Source: Candidatus Limnocylindrales bacterium
GTDB taxonomy: Bacteria; Chloroflexota; Limnocylindria; Limnocylindrales; CSP1-4
DNA length: 64,000 nucleotides
Direction of reading: 5' to 3'
Assembly: GCA_052038965.1 (NCBI GenBank)
Contig: JBQGDI010000058.1
Span: 4,248-68,247 of the forward strand
Shown here: in pieces, positions 25,513 to 35,225 of the stretch
How the letters are laid out: each line of letters opens with the position of its first letter
Position numbering within the stretch: the stretch's first letter is position 1
Translations under genes and position numbers: made by a program
Notes under the pieces: generated by a model
The model's database searches: none
Seen by the model: only the letters and a program-made list of their open reading frames with translations
Told to the model about the DNA's origin: nothing

Positions 25513-27087
25513 GTGGCGGATCACCTGCTGGCGCTCGACGTCGGCACCCAGAGCGTCCGCGCGCTGTTGTTCGACCCGGCGGGGGCCCTGGTCGGTACGG
25601 GCCGGGTCCCGATCGAGCCGTACGTCAGCCCGCACGCCGGCTGGGCCGAGCAGGACCCCGAGGTCTGGTGGGCCGCGATCGGCGAGGCGTGCCACCGGCT
25701 GTGGGCCGGCACGGCCGCCGCCGACCCGCCCGGCCCCGGTCCGGACGCGGTCGCGGGCATCGGGCTCACGACCCAGCGGGTGACGATCGTCGTCAGCGAC
25801 GACCGGAACCGCCCGCTCCGCCCGGCGATCGTGTGGCTCGACCAGCGCCGGACCGAGGGCCTTCAGCCAGTCGGCGGACCGTGGGGCCTGGCCTTCCGGA
25901 TCACCGGCACGACCGAGACCGTCGCCCGCTTCCAAGCCGACTGCGAGGCGAACTGGATCGAGCGCCACGAGCCGGAGGTGTGGCGGGCCATCCGGCGCTA
26001 CGGGGTCCTGTCGTCGTGGCTGACCGCGCGGCTCGTTGGAGCGTGGATCGACTCGACAGCGTCCCAGGTCGGCTACCTGCCGTTCGACTTCAAGGGCTCG
26101 CGCTGGGCCGGCCGCCTCGACTGGAAGTGGCGGATCGCCCACTTCAGCCGAGATTGGCTACCGGCGCTCGTCTCGCCGACCCAGCCCCTCGGCGAGCTGA
26201 CCGCGGAGGCCGCCGCACACCTCGGCCTCCGCGCCGGCCTGCCACTGATCGCCGCGGCCGGCGACAAGCAGTGCGAAGCCCTCGGCGCCGGGGCGCTCCA
26301 GCCGGAGCTCGCCGGCTTGTCGTTCGGCACGACCGCGACGATCGGCACGACCCATCGTCGCTACATCGAGGCGATCCCCCTCGTACCGCCCTACCCCGCG
26401 GCCCTGCCCGGGGCGTGGTTCGTCGAGCTCCAGGTCATGCGCGGCTTCTGGATGGTCGAGTGGTTCAAGCACGAGTTCGGTTCGGCCGAGGTCGCCCGCG
26501 GCGCCGCGCTCGACATCCCGCCCGAGGCGCTCTTCGAGGAGCTGCTCGGGGCGTCCCCGCCGGGCTCCATGGGCCTGATGCTCCAGCCGTACTGGATGCC
26601 GGGCGTCCGCTATCCCGGGCCCGAGGCGAAGGGCGCGATCGTCGGCTTCGGTGAGGCCCACGGCCGGGCTCACGTCTACCGCGCCATCCTCGAAGGCCTG
26701 GCCTACGCGCTTCGCGAAGCGGCGGACCGGACGGTCCGGCGGAGCAGGATCCCGATTGCCGAGCTGCGGGTGTCCGGCGGCGGGTCGCAATCCCGCTCCG
26801 CGGTCCAGCTGTTCGCCGACGTCTTCGGCCTGCCGGCCTCGCGCCCCCACACCCATGAGGCTTCGGGTCTCGGCGCGGCGATCGACGTCGCACTCGGGCT
26901 CGGCATTCACCCCGATCCGGACACGGCGGTTCGCGCGATGGTCCGCGTCGCCGAGCGCTTCGATCCCGACCCGGCCGCGATGCGCCTCTACGACGACCTC
27001 TATCGGTCGGTGTACCTGCCGATGTACGACCGGCTCCGGCCGCTCTACCGGGAGATTCGGCGGATCACGAACTACCCACCGGCCTAG
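25513..27087 (+). CDS. FGGY-family carbohydrate kinase (xylulokinase/glycerol-kinase-like)
   Basis: N-terminal LALDVGTQSVRALLFD and C-terminal GGGSQS ATPase motifs. Confidence 0.85.
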   Translation: MADHLLALDVGTQSVRALLFDPAGALVGTGRVPIEPYVSPHAGWAEQDPEVWWAAIGEACHRLWAGTAAADPPGPGPDAVAGIGLTTQRVTIVVSDDRNRPLRPAIVWLDQRRTEGLQPVGGPWGLAFRITGTTETVARFQADCEANWIERHEPEVWRAIRRYGVLSSWLTARLVGAWIDSTASQVGYLPFDFKGSRWAGRLDWKWRIAHFSRDWLPALVSPTQPLGELTAEAAAHLGLRAGLPLIAAAGDKQCEALGAGALQPELAGLSFGTTATIGTTHRRYIEAIPLVPPYPAALPGAWFVELQVMRGFWMVEWFKHEFGSAEVARGAALDIPPEALFEELLGASPPGSMGLMLQPYWMPGVRYPGPEAKGAIVGFGEAHGRAHVYRAILEGLAYALREAADRTVRRSRIPIAELRVSGGGSQSRSAVQLFADVFGLPASRPHTHEASGLGAAIDVALGLGIHPDPDTAVRAMVRVAERFDPDPAAMRLYDDLYRSVYLPMYDRLRPLYREIRRITNYPPA

Positions 27088-28504
27088 GGCCGAGGGGTTG
27101 GTGCGCGGCGCGCCCTGGCGCGCTCGCAGCTTGCTCGGCGGGAGGCTCGCCCGGCTCGAGGACGATGACCTGGCCCAGCGACCACAGCGTCGTCGCCGTC
27201 AGGACGACCATCAGGGCCGCCAGTGGCACCTGCCGCCAGCGGGCGGACGGCGCCGGTCCCGTCTCGCGGACGGCCAGGACGTGCCCGGCCCAGGCCCCGG
27301 CGACGTGGCCCCCGACGACGGCGCCGAGCATGATCGCCCACATCGCCACCGGCGGGATCCAGTCCGATCCGTACTCGAAGTGGCCGAGGCCGAACAGGTC
27401 CCAGCCCTGCATGAACGGGTCGTTGAGCACGTTGACGATCCGCTGGCCGTCGCCGAGGACGAAGGTCAGGTAGTGGGCGACGATGTACCCGACCGCGATC
27501 GGCACGAGTCCGCCGCCGACGGCCGCGAGGCCCACCAGCCGCGCGACCGCAAGCGCGATGAGCGCGAGCAGGCCGAGGAACGCGGCCAGCTCGAGCGTCG
27601 CTTCCGGGAGCGTCGGCACGCCGAAGACGTCGAACCAGATCTGCGTCTGCGACAGCCCGTCGTACAGGATCGAGGCGACGCCCACGGCGACCAGCACGAC
27701 ATGGGCGGTCGTCCAGCCTGGCTCCAGCAGCCCGCGGCCGTAGCCCCGTCGTGGCACGACCCGCTCGCCGGGGCCCTCCGGCGCGCCGAACGGCGCGAGC
27801 CGGTTGAGCGTCCCGAACCAGACCGAGAACGTCTCGCCGCGCTGCCGCCACGTGTCGCGGCCGAAGTTGGCCATCGCGAGCAGCGTCAGGACCGTGTAGC
27901 CGACGAGGACGACGCCGAGGCCGCTGCCGCGATAGGCGAGCTCCAGCCAGATGACGACCGCGAGGCCGGCGACCGCCGGCCACGCCCCGAGGCGCTCGGG
28001 ATAGGGCGACGGATCGAGCCCGCCGATTCCCAGCCGGCGACCCACCGCCGCGCCGATGTCGTACAGCGTCGCGAACGGATCGAGCCACGACCAGACCGGT
28101 CCGACGAGCGCGGACAGGATCGCCAGCCCGACCCAGCCGTAAACCCACAGGAACAGCGACGCGACGTCGGCATCCGAGGAGCCGCCGAGGATCGCCTGGA
28201 CGACGATCCAGGCCCAGGCGACGAGCCCCACGGCGCGCAGCCCGAGGACCAGCCAGCGCGGCGCCATCACGGTGCGGCGTCGGACCGGCGCCGGCGCCCG
28301 GACGTCCCGCACGATCACGAACGCGAACGACAGCGCGACCGCGAGCGCTGCGCCGCCGAGGTACGCGGCCAGCGGCAGCGGCGATTCGACGCGGCCGACC
28401 AGCCCGTGGGCGAGCACCGGCGTCGGCAGGGCCAGCGCCGCCAACCCGAGCGCGATGAAGATCGGACGTCGGGCCCTCGCGGGGACGCGGGCCCACGCGG
28501 CTAT
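27065..28504 (-). CDS. Polytopic integral membrane protein (about 10 TM), last gene of the NEW3/ABC operon; start unresolved
   Basis: Long hydrophobic ORF in the frame of 27065..29749. A signal-peptide-like N-terminus (ARARRPIFIALGLAALALPTPVLAHG) begins at the ABC-2 stop (TAG 28501) with GGAGG 7 nt upstream, but the codon there is ATA. In-frame alternatives are TTG 28444, GTG 28417 and ATG 28267. Confidence 0.45.
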   Translation of the reverse strand: MAAWARVPARARRPIFIALGLAALALPTPVLAHGLVGRVESPLPLAAYLGGAALAVALSFAFVIVRDVRAPAPVRRRTVMAPRWLVLGLRAVGLVAWAWIVVQAILGGSSDADVASLFLWVYGWVGLAILSALVGPVWSWLDPFATLYDIGAAVGRRLGIGGLDPSPYPERLGAWPAVAGLAVVIWLELAYRGSGLGVVLVGYTVLTLLAMANFGRDTWRQRGETFSVWFGTLNRLAPFGAPEGPGERVVPRRGYGRGLLEPGWTTAHVVLVAVGVASILYDGLSQTQIWFDVFGVPTLPEATLELAAFLGLLALIALAVARLVGLAAVGGGLVPIAVGYIVAHYLTFVLGDGQRIVNVLNDPFMQGWDLFGLGHFEYGSDWIPPVAMWAIMLGAVVGGHVAGAWAGHVLAVRETGPAPSARWRQVPLAALMVVLTATTLWSLGQVIVLEPGEPPAEQAASAPGRAAHQPLGPRPVGSS

Positions 28505-29499
28505 GCCCGGACCTCCTGGCGCATGAAGCGCGCGTAGGCGAGCGCGAAGCAGCCCACCGTCAGCGCGACGAGGGTCACCAGGTGCGGCATCACCAGGAAC
28601 AGGCTCTGGTCGAACGACAGCAGCGACGGGATCTGGTCGGCGAGCGACGGGTTGTAGAGGTCCTGGGCGTTGACCGTCGTGACGGACGGGTTGAGGAGGG
28701 CGATCGAGGCCTCGCCGTAGATCTGGCTGGGCAGCAGGCGCAGCAGGAACTGCTGGGTCCCGGCCGCGTCGACGACGTTGGAGCCACCCGTCAGGACACT
28801 TCCGAGGAGACGGACCAGGAAGGGCCCGAACAGCGGGACGGCCACGAACAGCCAGGCACCGAACGCGACGAGGGCCGACGTCGCGGCTCGCCGGATGACG
28901 ACCGACAGCAGCGTCCCGAAGGCCAGCCACAAGGCGACGTAGAGGACCGTCACGAGGTACCAGCCCATCAGCCGCAGGATCTCCTCGGGCTCGGGCGTGA
29001 TCCCGAGACGGAGCATCCCGAAGCCAGCGATGACGAGCATCACCGCCATCAGGACCGCGGCGATGACCGCGAGGCCGGCCGCGAACTTGCCGTTGATCAC
29101 GTCGTCGCGGTGGATCGGCTGCGACAACAGGCGCGGCAGCGTGCCCTCGTGGCGTTCGCCGTTGACGGCATCGAAGGCGAAGCCGACGCCGAGCAGCGGC
29201 GCGGCGATCGCGACGAACGTCTGGACGGTGACGAAGGCGATGCCCTCCGGCCCGAGGACGAACAGCGCCAGGAACACCCCTGGCTCGCCGCTCGCCGACG
29301 AGGCCAGGGCCCGAATCCGCTCCGCGGCGAAGTAGAGCGGGATGAGCGCGGCCACGCCGAGCACGACGAGCAGGACGTAGAACCGGATGCTGAGGATGTG
29401 ATCCGCGAACTCCTTCGCCGCGACGATCGTCCAGCCGGCGGGCTGGCGGGTCGGGATCGCTGCGGTGCGGCGGGGCGCCGCCTCGGTGGCCGTGCTCAT
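28501..29499 (-). CDS. ABC-2-family transporter permease
   Basis: 332 aa, 6-7 TM, ABC-2 type. ATGA overlap with the ATPase gene. Confidence 0.8.
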   Translation of the reverse strand: MSTATEAAPRRTAAIPTRQPAGWTIVAAKEFADHILSIRFYVLLVVLGVAALIPLYFAAERIRALASSASGEPGVFLALFVLGPEGIAFVTVQTFVAIAAPLLGVGFAFDAVNGERHEGTLPRLLSQPIHRDDVINGKFAAGLAVIAAVLMAVMLVIAGFGMLRLGITPEPEEILRLMGWYLVTVLYVALWLAFGTLLSVVIRRAATSALVAFGAWLFVAVPLFGPFLVRLLGSVLTGGSNVVDAAGTQQFLLRLLPSQIYGEASIALLNPSVTTVNAQDLYNPSLADQIPSLLSFDQSLFLVMPHLVTLVALTVGCFALAYARFMRQEVRA

Positions 29500-30803
29500 G
29501 CCTCGTCCCGCCGATCGGGCCGGGCCGGCCGACGGCCGATGGGCCGCGAGGAGCCGGGTCGGCCGCCAACCGGCGGCCTCGGGCCGGGGCGCCGGACGCC
29601 GTCACCGGGACGCCCCGGGGTCCTGCCGCTCGCCGTGGCGGCGCCGCCCCGGGGCCCCCCGGGTCCCGCGGCCTTCGGGGGCCGGACGGCCGCCCGGGCG
29701 TCGGCGGCGCTGAGGCCCTGCTCCGCGAGCGCCCGGCGGTAGATGTCATCGAGCGAGGCCGAGACCTCGCGGATGGAGCTCAAGCGGAGCGACTCCGCGG
29801 CCGAGATCGCCAGGACGGACTCGCGGACTCCTCCCGCCCTCGACGCCGGCCGCACGACGAGCGTCCACTGGTCGCTGGACAGGCGGCCGCGGTGCACCTC
29901 GACCACCCCATCGATCTGGCCGAGCAGCTCGGTGGCCCGGACAGCGGTCGCCTCGTCCATGCCCTCGAAGCCGACCTCGACGTGGGCCGAGTCCTCGCCG
30001 AAGCGCGCTGCGAGCTCTGTCACCGTGCCAACCCCGATGAGCCGGCCGGCGGCGAAGATTCCGACCCGGTCGCAGACCGACTGGACCTGGTTGAGCAGGT
30101 GGCTCGAGAGCATCACCGCCAGGCCGCGCTCTCGGACGAGCGCCCGGAGGAGGTCGAGGATCTCGACCACGCCGATCGGGTCGATCGCGGTCGTCGGCTC
30201 ATCGAGGATCAGGACCGCCGGGTCCTTCACCAGGGCGTCGGCGATGCCGAGACGCTGCAGCATGCCCCGGGAATACGTCTCGACCTTCGTGTCGGCCCGG
30301 GCCGTCATGCCCACCTGCTCGAGGACGTCGTCGATCCGGCGCTCGGCGCCGCGGCCCGTGAGCCCGTTCAGGCGTGCCGTGTACCGGATGTTCTCCCGGC
30401 CGGTCATGCCGCCGTAGAAGCCGACGTTGTCGGGCAGGTAGCCGACTCGGCGCTTGACCTCGAGTGGCTGGCGGGTGGGATCGTAGCCGACGACGCGCGC
30501 CGCCCCGCGGCTCGGCTCGGTCAGGCCGAGGAGCATGAGGATCGTGGTCGTCTTGCCGGCGCCGTTCTGGCCCAGCAGGCCGAAGATCTCACCGGCGTGG
30601 ATCTCGAGCTCGAGCGCGTCAACGGCCACGAGGTCGTCGTAGCGCTTCGTGAGCCGCCGGGTGACGATCGGCGAGTCCGGCCACGGGACGGCCGGACGGT
30701 CAGGTCGGCGGCCCTTCCGCCGGGCCACGTCCGCGACGGGCCGCGCGTCCGCCGCGACGGGCGCCCCCGGGGCTCCCTCGGGCTGCGGGGTCACGGCGCC
30801 CAT
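29496..30803 (-). CDS. ABC transporter ATP-binding protein with a 110-aa Pro/Gly/Arg-rich C-terminal tail
   Basis: Walker A GQNGAGKTT, signature YSRGMLQRL, Walker B ILILDEPT. The start ATG 30803 overlaps the upstream stop (TGATG). Confidence 0.85.
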   Translation of the reverse strand: MGAVTPQPEGAPGAPVAADARPVADVARRKGRRPDRPAVPWPDSPIVTRRLTKRYDDLVAVDALELEIHAGEIFGLLGQNGAGKTTTILMLLGLTEPSRGAARVVGYDPTRQPLEVKRRVGYLPDNVGFYGGMTGRENIRYTARLNGLTGRGAERRIDDVLEQVGMTARADTKVETYSRGMLQRLGIADALVKDPAVLILDEPTTAIDPIGVVEILDLLRALVRERGLAVMLSSHLLNQVQSVCDRVGIFAAGRLIGVGTVTELAARFGEDSAHVEVGFEGMDEATAVRATELLGQIDGVVEVHRGRLSSDQWTLVVRPASRAGGVRESVLAISAAESLRLSSIREVSASLDDIYRRALAEQGLSAADARAAVRPPKAAGPGGPRGGAATASGRTPGRPGDGVRRPGPRPPVGGRPGSSRPIGRRPARPDRRDEA

Positions 30804-31960
30804 CAGCGCCGGCCGTAACGCTGGAAGACCCACCACAGGCCGCCGAACGCGGCGAGGATGAGGACGATCCCGATGACGGCGCCGATGATCGAGGTCTGGA
30901 CCGTGAAGCGGATCTCCTCCGTGTCACGGGCCTGGTCACCCGTCGCCCGAATCGTCATCACGTAGTCGCCGGCGATGGCGTCGCCCGAGGGGGTGATCAA
31001 GGCCGTGACGGTCACGGGCTGGTCGGGCGCCACGGACGCGACGGTCTCCTGGTCGCCCCAGTCGACGGTCCAGCCGCTCGGTAGGGTCGCGGCCATCTTG
31101 ACGTTCGTGATCGGCGCGGTCCCGGTGTTGGTGAGCAGGACCTGCTGCTCGTAGCCTGCGCCGGCGTTGCCACTGCCGGTGAGGACGCCGGTCGGCGTCG
31201 AGACGCTCAACGTGTAGGAGCCGGTGATCTCGACCGACAGGTCCTGGGTCAGCTGGTGGGTGCCGACGTTGGCGATGACCTGGAGCGGGTACTCGCCGGG
31301 GTCGATCGTCGCCGGGGCATTGACGGTCACGGAGATGCCGGCTGTCCCGCCAGCCTTGGCGACGGCGCTCGCGGCGTTGGTCTGGCCGGTCGGACGGGCC
31401 TCCACGGACCAGCCCTCGGGGCCCTGGCCGGTGGCGGTGTAGGTGAGATCCTCCTCCGTGTCGTTCCGGATGTTCAGCGTGAACGTGAACGTCTGGTCGG
31501 CAGCGCCACGGAGGCCGGGCACGTCGGTGCTGATCGTCACCTCGCCGGCCACGTTCTCCTGGACGGTGATGTCCAGCGGAAGCGTCCGGGTCGTGCCTTC
31601 GGATTCGGCGGTGACGGTGATCCGGTGGGTGCCGGTGGCAGCGGCCGGCACGTCGACGTCGAGCCGGACAGTCGTCGGCTCCTCCCCGTCCGGGTAGACC
31701 GCGTTGACGACGAAGCCGCCGCCGCGAAGTGCCGCCGTCCAACCGGTCGGCACGCCCGAGACCGACAGGTCGACCCGTGCAGCGGGCGAGGTCTCGACGT
31801 CCATGCTGAAGCTGACCCGCGTTCCCGGACTCGCCACGACGGCGGGATAGGGGGTCGTGAGGCTCAGCCTGTCGACGGCGAAGGCCGCCGGTGCCAGGCT
31901 CGTCGCCAAGAGCGCCGCAGCCCCGAGCGAGATCAAGCCCCGAATCCAGCGCGCAGACAA
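30803..31960 (-). CDS. Secreted/membrane-anchored NEW3-domain (COG1470-like) protein
   Basis: TTG start with GAGGAGGAG RBS. Signal peptide, three or four repeated beta-sandwich modules (VDVETSP..., FTLNIRNDTEED..., LLTNTGTAPITNV...) and a C-terminal TM anchor. Confidence 0.75.
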   Translation of the reverse strand: MSARWIRGLISLGAAALLATSLAPAAFAVDRLSLTTPYPAVVASPGTRVSFSMDVETSPAARVDLSVSGVPTGWTAALRGGGFVVNAVYPDGEEPTTVRLDVDVPAAATGTHRITVTAESEGTTRTLPLDITVQENVAGEVTISTDVPGLRGAADQTFTFTLNIRNDTEEDLTYTATGQGPEGWSVEARPTGQTNAASAVAKAGGTAGISVTVNAPATIDPGEYPLQVIANVGTHQLTQDLSVEITGSYTLSVSTPTGVLTGSGNAGAGYEQQVLLTNTGTAPITNVKMAATLPSGWTVDWGDQETVASVAPDQPVTVTALITPSGDAIAGDYVMTIRATGDQARDTEEIRFTVQTSIIGAVIGIVLILAAFGGLWWVFQRYGRR

Positions 31961-32294
31961 GGTCGTATCTCCTCCTCAAACCGTACGTCGGTGGCGCCCG
32001 AATCTCGCCACTCTCTCGCGATCCGGGCAACCAAGATGCGCTTCAGGGTCGGTTAGGAGTCCTGAATCGCATTTGACAGCGAGGTAGATATGGTCTCATG
32101 CTCCGTTTCGTCAAGTTGAACGCCGAAATGGGACAGCAGGTCTGAGCATCGATCGAGTCACGAACCCGTCGACTCGCTCCCGCGTCCACGAGGCAACCAT
32201 CACGCCCGCCGCCCAACCCGCGGCCGGCCACCCGACCGCCGTCTCGAGCCCATCCCGCTCCGAGGTCGCGGCCAGAAAGAACGAACCAGCGTCC

Positions 32295-32480
32295 ATGCTC
32301 ACTCGCACCTATCAATCGTCCGTGGTCGGGCGATCCGCCTCGATGCGCCGAATGCGCCGGCGGTCCCTCGCCACGCGCCTCTACTGCCGCACCAACGGGT
32401 GCGCCAGCTTCCTGGAGATCGACCCGGAGCGCGGCATCGCCGCCTGCCCGATCTGCGGCTATACCCGCCGCCTCGACTGA
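32295..32480 (+). CDS. Small Cys4 zinc-ribbon protein (61 aa)
   Basis: CRTNGC...N17...CPICG pattern. Weak RBS. Sits in an unusually AT-rich intergenic island. Confidence 0.4.
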   Translation: MLTRTYQSSVVGRSASMRRMRRRSLATRLYCRTNGCASFLEIDPERGIAACPICGYTRRLD

Positions 32481-32504
32481 CCCGGGTGCCGGCGTGACGA
32501 TCGG

Positions 32505-33866
32505 GTGACCGTCGCCGGCATCGACCCCGCGCGCGTCGCCGCCCTCCTCGCCCGGGAGGTGGCACGGTTTGCCGAGCGTCACCCACGCTCACGTGCCCTG
32601 CACGAGCGTGCGCGCCACAGCCTGCTCGACGGCGTGCCGATGAACTGGATGGTCAAGTGGGCCGGACCCTTCCCGCTCTTCCTCGAGTCGGCCTCGGGGG
32701 CCCGGGCGACGTGCGTCGACGGTCACGAGTACGTCGACCTGTGCCTTGGCGACACCGGGGCCATGGCGGGGCACGGGCCAGCCGCGACGATCGCCGCGGT
32801 GGAGCGGCAGCTGCGGCGCGGGATCACCACGATGCTCCCGACCGAGGACGCGGCCTGGGTCGGCGAAGAGCTCGGGCGTCGCTTCGGGCTGCCACTCTGG
32901 CAGTTCACGCTCACGGCCACCGACGCCAATCGCTTCGCCCTCCGACTGGCCCGGGAGATCACGGGGCGGCCGCTCGTCGCCGTGCACGAGTGGTGCTACC
33001 ACGGGACGGTCGACGAGACGCTCGCCGTGCTCGGCGTGGACGATCGAGTCGTCGCGCGCCGGGGGAATCTCGGCCCACAGGTCGATCCGGCCCGGACGAC
33101 GCGCGTCGTTCCGTTCAACGATCTCGACGCTCTCGACGCGGCCCTCGCCGACGGCCGGATCGCCGCGCTCCTCATCGAGCCGGCCCTGACCAATGTCGGA
33201 ATCGTCCTCCCCGAAGCCGGCTACCTCGAAGGGGTGCGCGAGATCACGCGGCGGCACGGGACGATCCTCATCCACGACGAGACCCACACGATCTGTGCCG
33301 GACCCGGTGGCGTGACCGGCGCGATGGGCCTCGAGCCGGACATGCTCGTGATCGGCAAGACGATCGGCGGCGGCATCCCCGCCGCGACCTACGGCATGAC
33401 CGAGGCGATCGCGGCGCGAGTCCGGTCGGCGGTGACCGTCGAGGACTCCGACGTCGGCGGAATCGGCGGCACGCTGGCCGGCTACGCGCTCTCGTTGGCC
33501 GCCATCCGGGCGACGCTCGGCGAGGTCCTCACCGACGCGGCCTTCGGGCGGATGCTGCCGCTCGCCGAGCGCTGGGAACGCGGGGCGGCGGACGCCATCG
33601 CCCGCCGCGGCGCGCCGTGGAGCGTCACGCGCCTCGGCGCGCGCGCCGAGTACCACTTCACGCCGGACCCGCCGCGAAGCGGCGCCGAGCAGGTGGCCCA
33701 CGCCGACTTCGAGCTGGAGCGGCTGCTCCACCTGTGGGCCATGAATCGCGGGGTCCTGATGACGCCCTTCCACAACATGGCCCTGATGTCGCCGGCGACG
33801 ACCGAGGCGGACGTCGACCGGCACACGAGCGTCTTCGACGAGGCCCTGGCCGCGATCTTCGCCTGA
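32505..33866 (+). CDS. Class-III (PLP fold type I) aminotransferase, glutamate-1-semialdehyde aminomutase-like
   Basis: 453 aa; LIHDETHT...GKTIGGGIP lysine-containing region typical of the GSA-AM/aminotransferase class III family. Confidence 0.85.
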   Translation: MTVAGIDPARVAALLAREVARFAERHPRSRALHERARHSLLDGVPMNWMVKWAGPFPLFLESASGARATCVDGHEYVDLCLGDTGAMAGHGPAATIAAVERQLRRGITTMLPTEDAAWVGEELGRRFGLPLWQFTLTATDANRFALRLAREITGRPLVAVHEWCYHGTVDETLAVLGVDDRVVARRGNLGPQVDPARTTRVVPFNDLDALDAALADGRIAALLIEPALTNVGIVLPEAGYLEGVREITRRHGTILIHDETHTICAGPGGVTGAMGLEPDMLVIGKTIGGGIPAATYGMTEAIAARVRSAVTVEDSDVGGIGGTLAGYALSLAAIRATLGEVLTDAAFGRMLPLAERWERGAADAIARRGAPWSVTRLGARAEYHFTPDPPRSGAEQVAHADFELERLLHLWAMNRGVLMTPFHNMALMSPATTEADVDRHTSVFDEALAAIFA

Positions 33867-33953
33867 TGCGGGACCGCCGTGGCGGCTCGCCACGGCGGTC
33901 GAGGCATCGGACGCCCCCCGACCTCGGCCGGTGGCGGCCTATGATGCCGACCC

Positions 33954-35222
33954 ATGTCCCTGATGTCCGCGGAGGCCGCCGGCCTCGGCGACCGTGCGCT
34001 CGAGGCGGCCCGCGGCCGGACCCGCTGGTCCCTCGTGGCCGGCGTCGCCCTCGGCAGCACCGGGCACATCGCGGCGGTGACCGTCGCGACGATCGTTGCC
34101 AAGGACCTGCTCGGCTCGGGAACCCTCGCCGGTGCGCCGGGCTCGACGGTCGTCCTCGGCGCGGCGGCCGGGGCCGTGGTCCTGTCGTATGTCATGTCGA
34201 AGCGCGGCCGCAGGCTCGGGCTGAGCCTTGGCTATCTCGTGTCCGTGGCCGGCGCGCTCATCGCGACCGCGTCGGTCCTGTGGCGGTCGTTCCCGCTGCT
34301 CCTCATCGGGACCTTCCTCATCGGCTTCGGCAACTCCTCGAACCAGCTGTCGCGCTACGCGGCCGCCGACCTCGTCGCTCCGGAGCGGCGGGCCGTCGCG
34401 ATCGGGATCGTCGTCTGGGCCGCGACCGTCGGGGCCGTCGTGGGGCCGTGGCTGGTGCCGATCTCGAGCGACCTCGCCAACGCGGCCGGCCTGCCGGCAC
34501 TGGCGGGCCCGTACCTGGTGCCGGTCGTCTTCGTGGGCCTCGCCGGGCTGCTGTCGTTCCTCCTGCTCCGGCCGGATCCGTTCGCACTCGCCCATCACAC
34601 GACCGTCCGAGGCGCGGCCGATCCCGATGCCCAGCCGACCACCGTCATCCTCCGGCGCCCGACCGTCCTTGCGGCTCTCGTGGCGCTCGTCGCGGGCCAG
34701 TTCACGATGGTCCTGGTGATGACCTACACGCCGCTCCACCTGACGGCGCACGACCACGGTCTCGACGTCGTCGGCCTCGTCATCAGCGGCCACGTCGCCG
34801 GGATGTTCGCCTTCGCCCCGCTCTCGGGCAGGATCGCCCAGGCGCTCGGGTCGGTACCGACGATCTTCGCCGGCTCGGCCATCCTGGCCTTGGCATCGGG
34901 CCTCGCGGCATTCGCCCCGGAAACGGACCCGACCGTCCTGTTCGCGGCCCTGTTCCTGCTGGGATTCGGCTGGAACCTCGGGTTCGTCGCCGGCAGCGCG
35001 ATGCTCTCGTCCGGCCTCGAGCTGGCCGAGCGAGCCCGGATCCAGGGCCTCGCCGACGCGGTCATCTGGAGCACGTCGGCGATTGCCAGCCTCGGCTCGG
35101 GGGTCATCGTGGCGCTGGCCGGCTACACCGGCCTCGGCATCCTCGGCGCGGCCCTCGTGGCCATCCCGGTGTGGGTGCTGCTCGGGCGCCGGTCGGCGAT
35201 CGCGGCTGCGGCCGCGCGCTGA
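33954..35222 (+). CDS. MFS transporter (12 TM)
   Basis: 422 aa, two 6-TM halves with G-rich loops. Confidence 0.85.
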   Translation: MSLMSAEAAGLGDRALEAARGRTRWSLVAGVALGSTGHIAAVTVATIVAKDLLGSGTLAGAPGSTVVLGAAAGAVVLSYVMSKRGRRLGLSLGYLVSVAGALIATASVLWRSFPLLLIGTFLIGFGNSSNQLSRYAAADLVAPERRAVAIGIVVWAATVGAVVGPWLVPISSDLANAAGLPALAGPYLVPVVFVGLAGLLSFLLLRPDPFALAHHTTVRGAADPDAQPTTVILRRPTVLAALVALVAGQFTMVLVMTYTPLHLTAHDHGLDVVGLVISGHVAGMFAFAPLSGRIAQALGSVPTIFAGSAILALASGLAAFAPETDPTVLFAALFLLGFGWNLGFVAGSAMLSSGLELAERARIQGLADAVIWSTSAIASLGSGVIVALAGYTGLGILGAALVAIPVWVLLGRRSAIAAAAAR

Positions 35223-35225
35223 GCC

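Noticed and set aside
27084-28496. 470-aa alternative-frame minus-strand ORF in the region of the operon's fourth gene
   Set aside because: Arg-rich non-hydrophobic translation, whereas the neighbouring frame gives a convincing polytopic membrane protein.
32098-32145. 15-codon sORF MLRFVKLNAEMGQQV
   Set aside because: Only a weak, distant GAGG; too short to support as a feature. Mentioned in the finding as a possible leader peptide.
32040-32300. tRNA or known riboswitch in the AT-rich island
   Set aside because: No cloverleaf-compatible T-arm/acceptor pairing and no recognisable riboswitch core could be built by eye; reported only as a promoter-like/sORF island.
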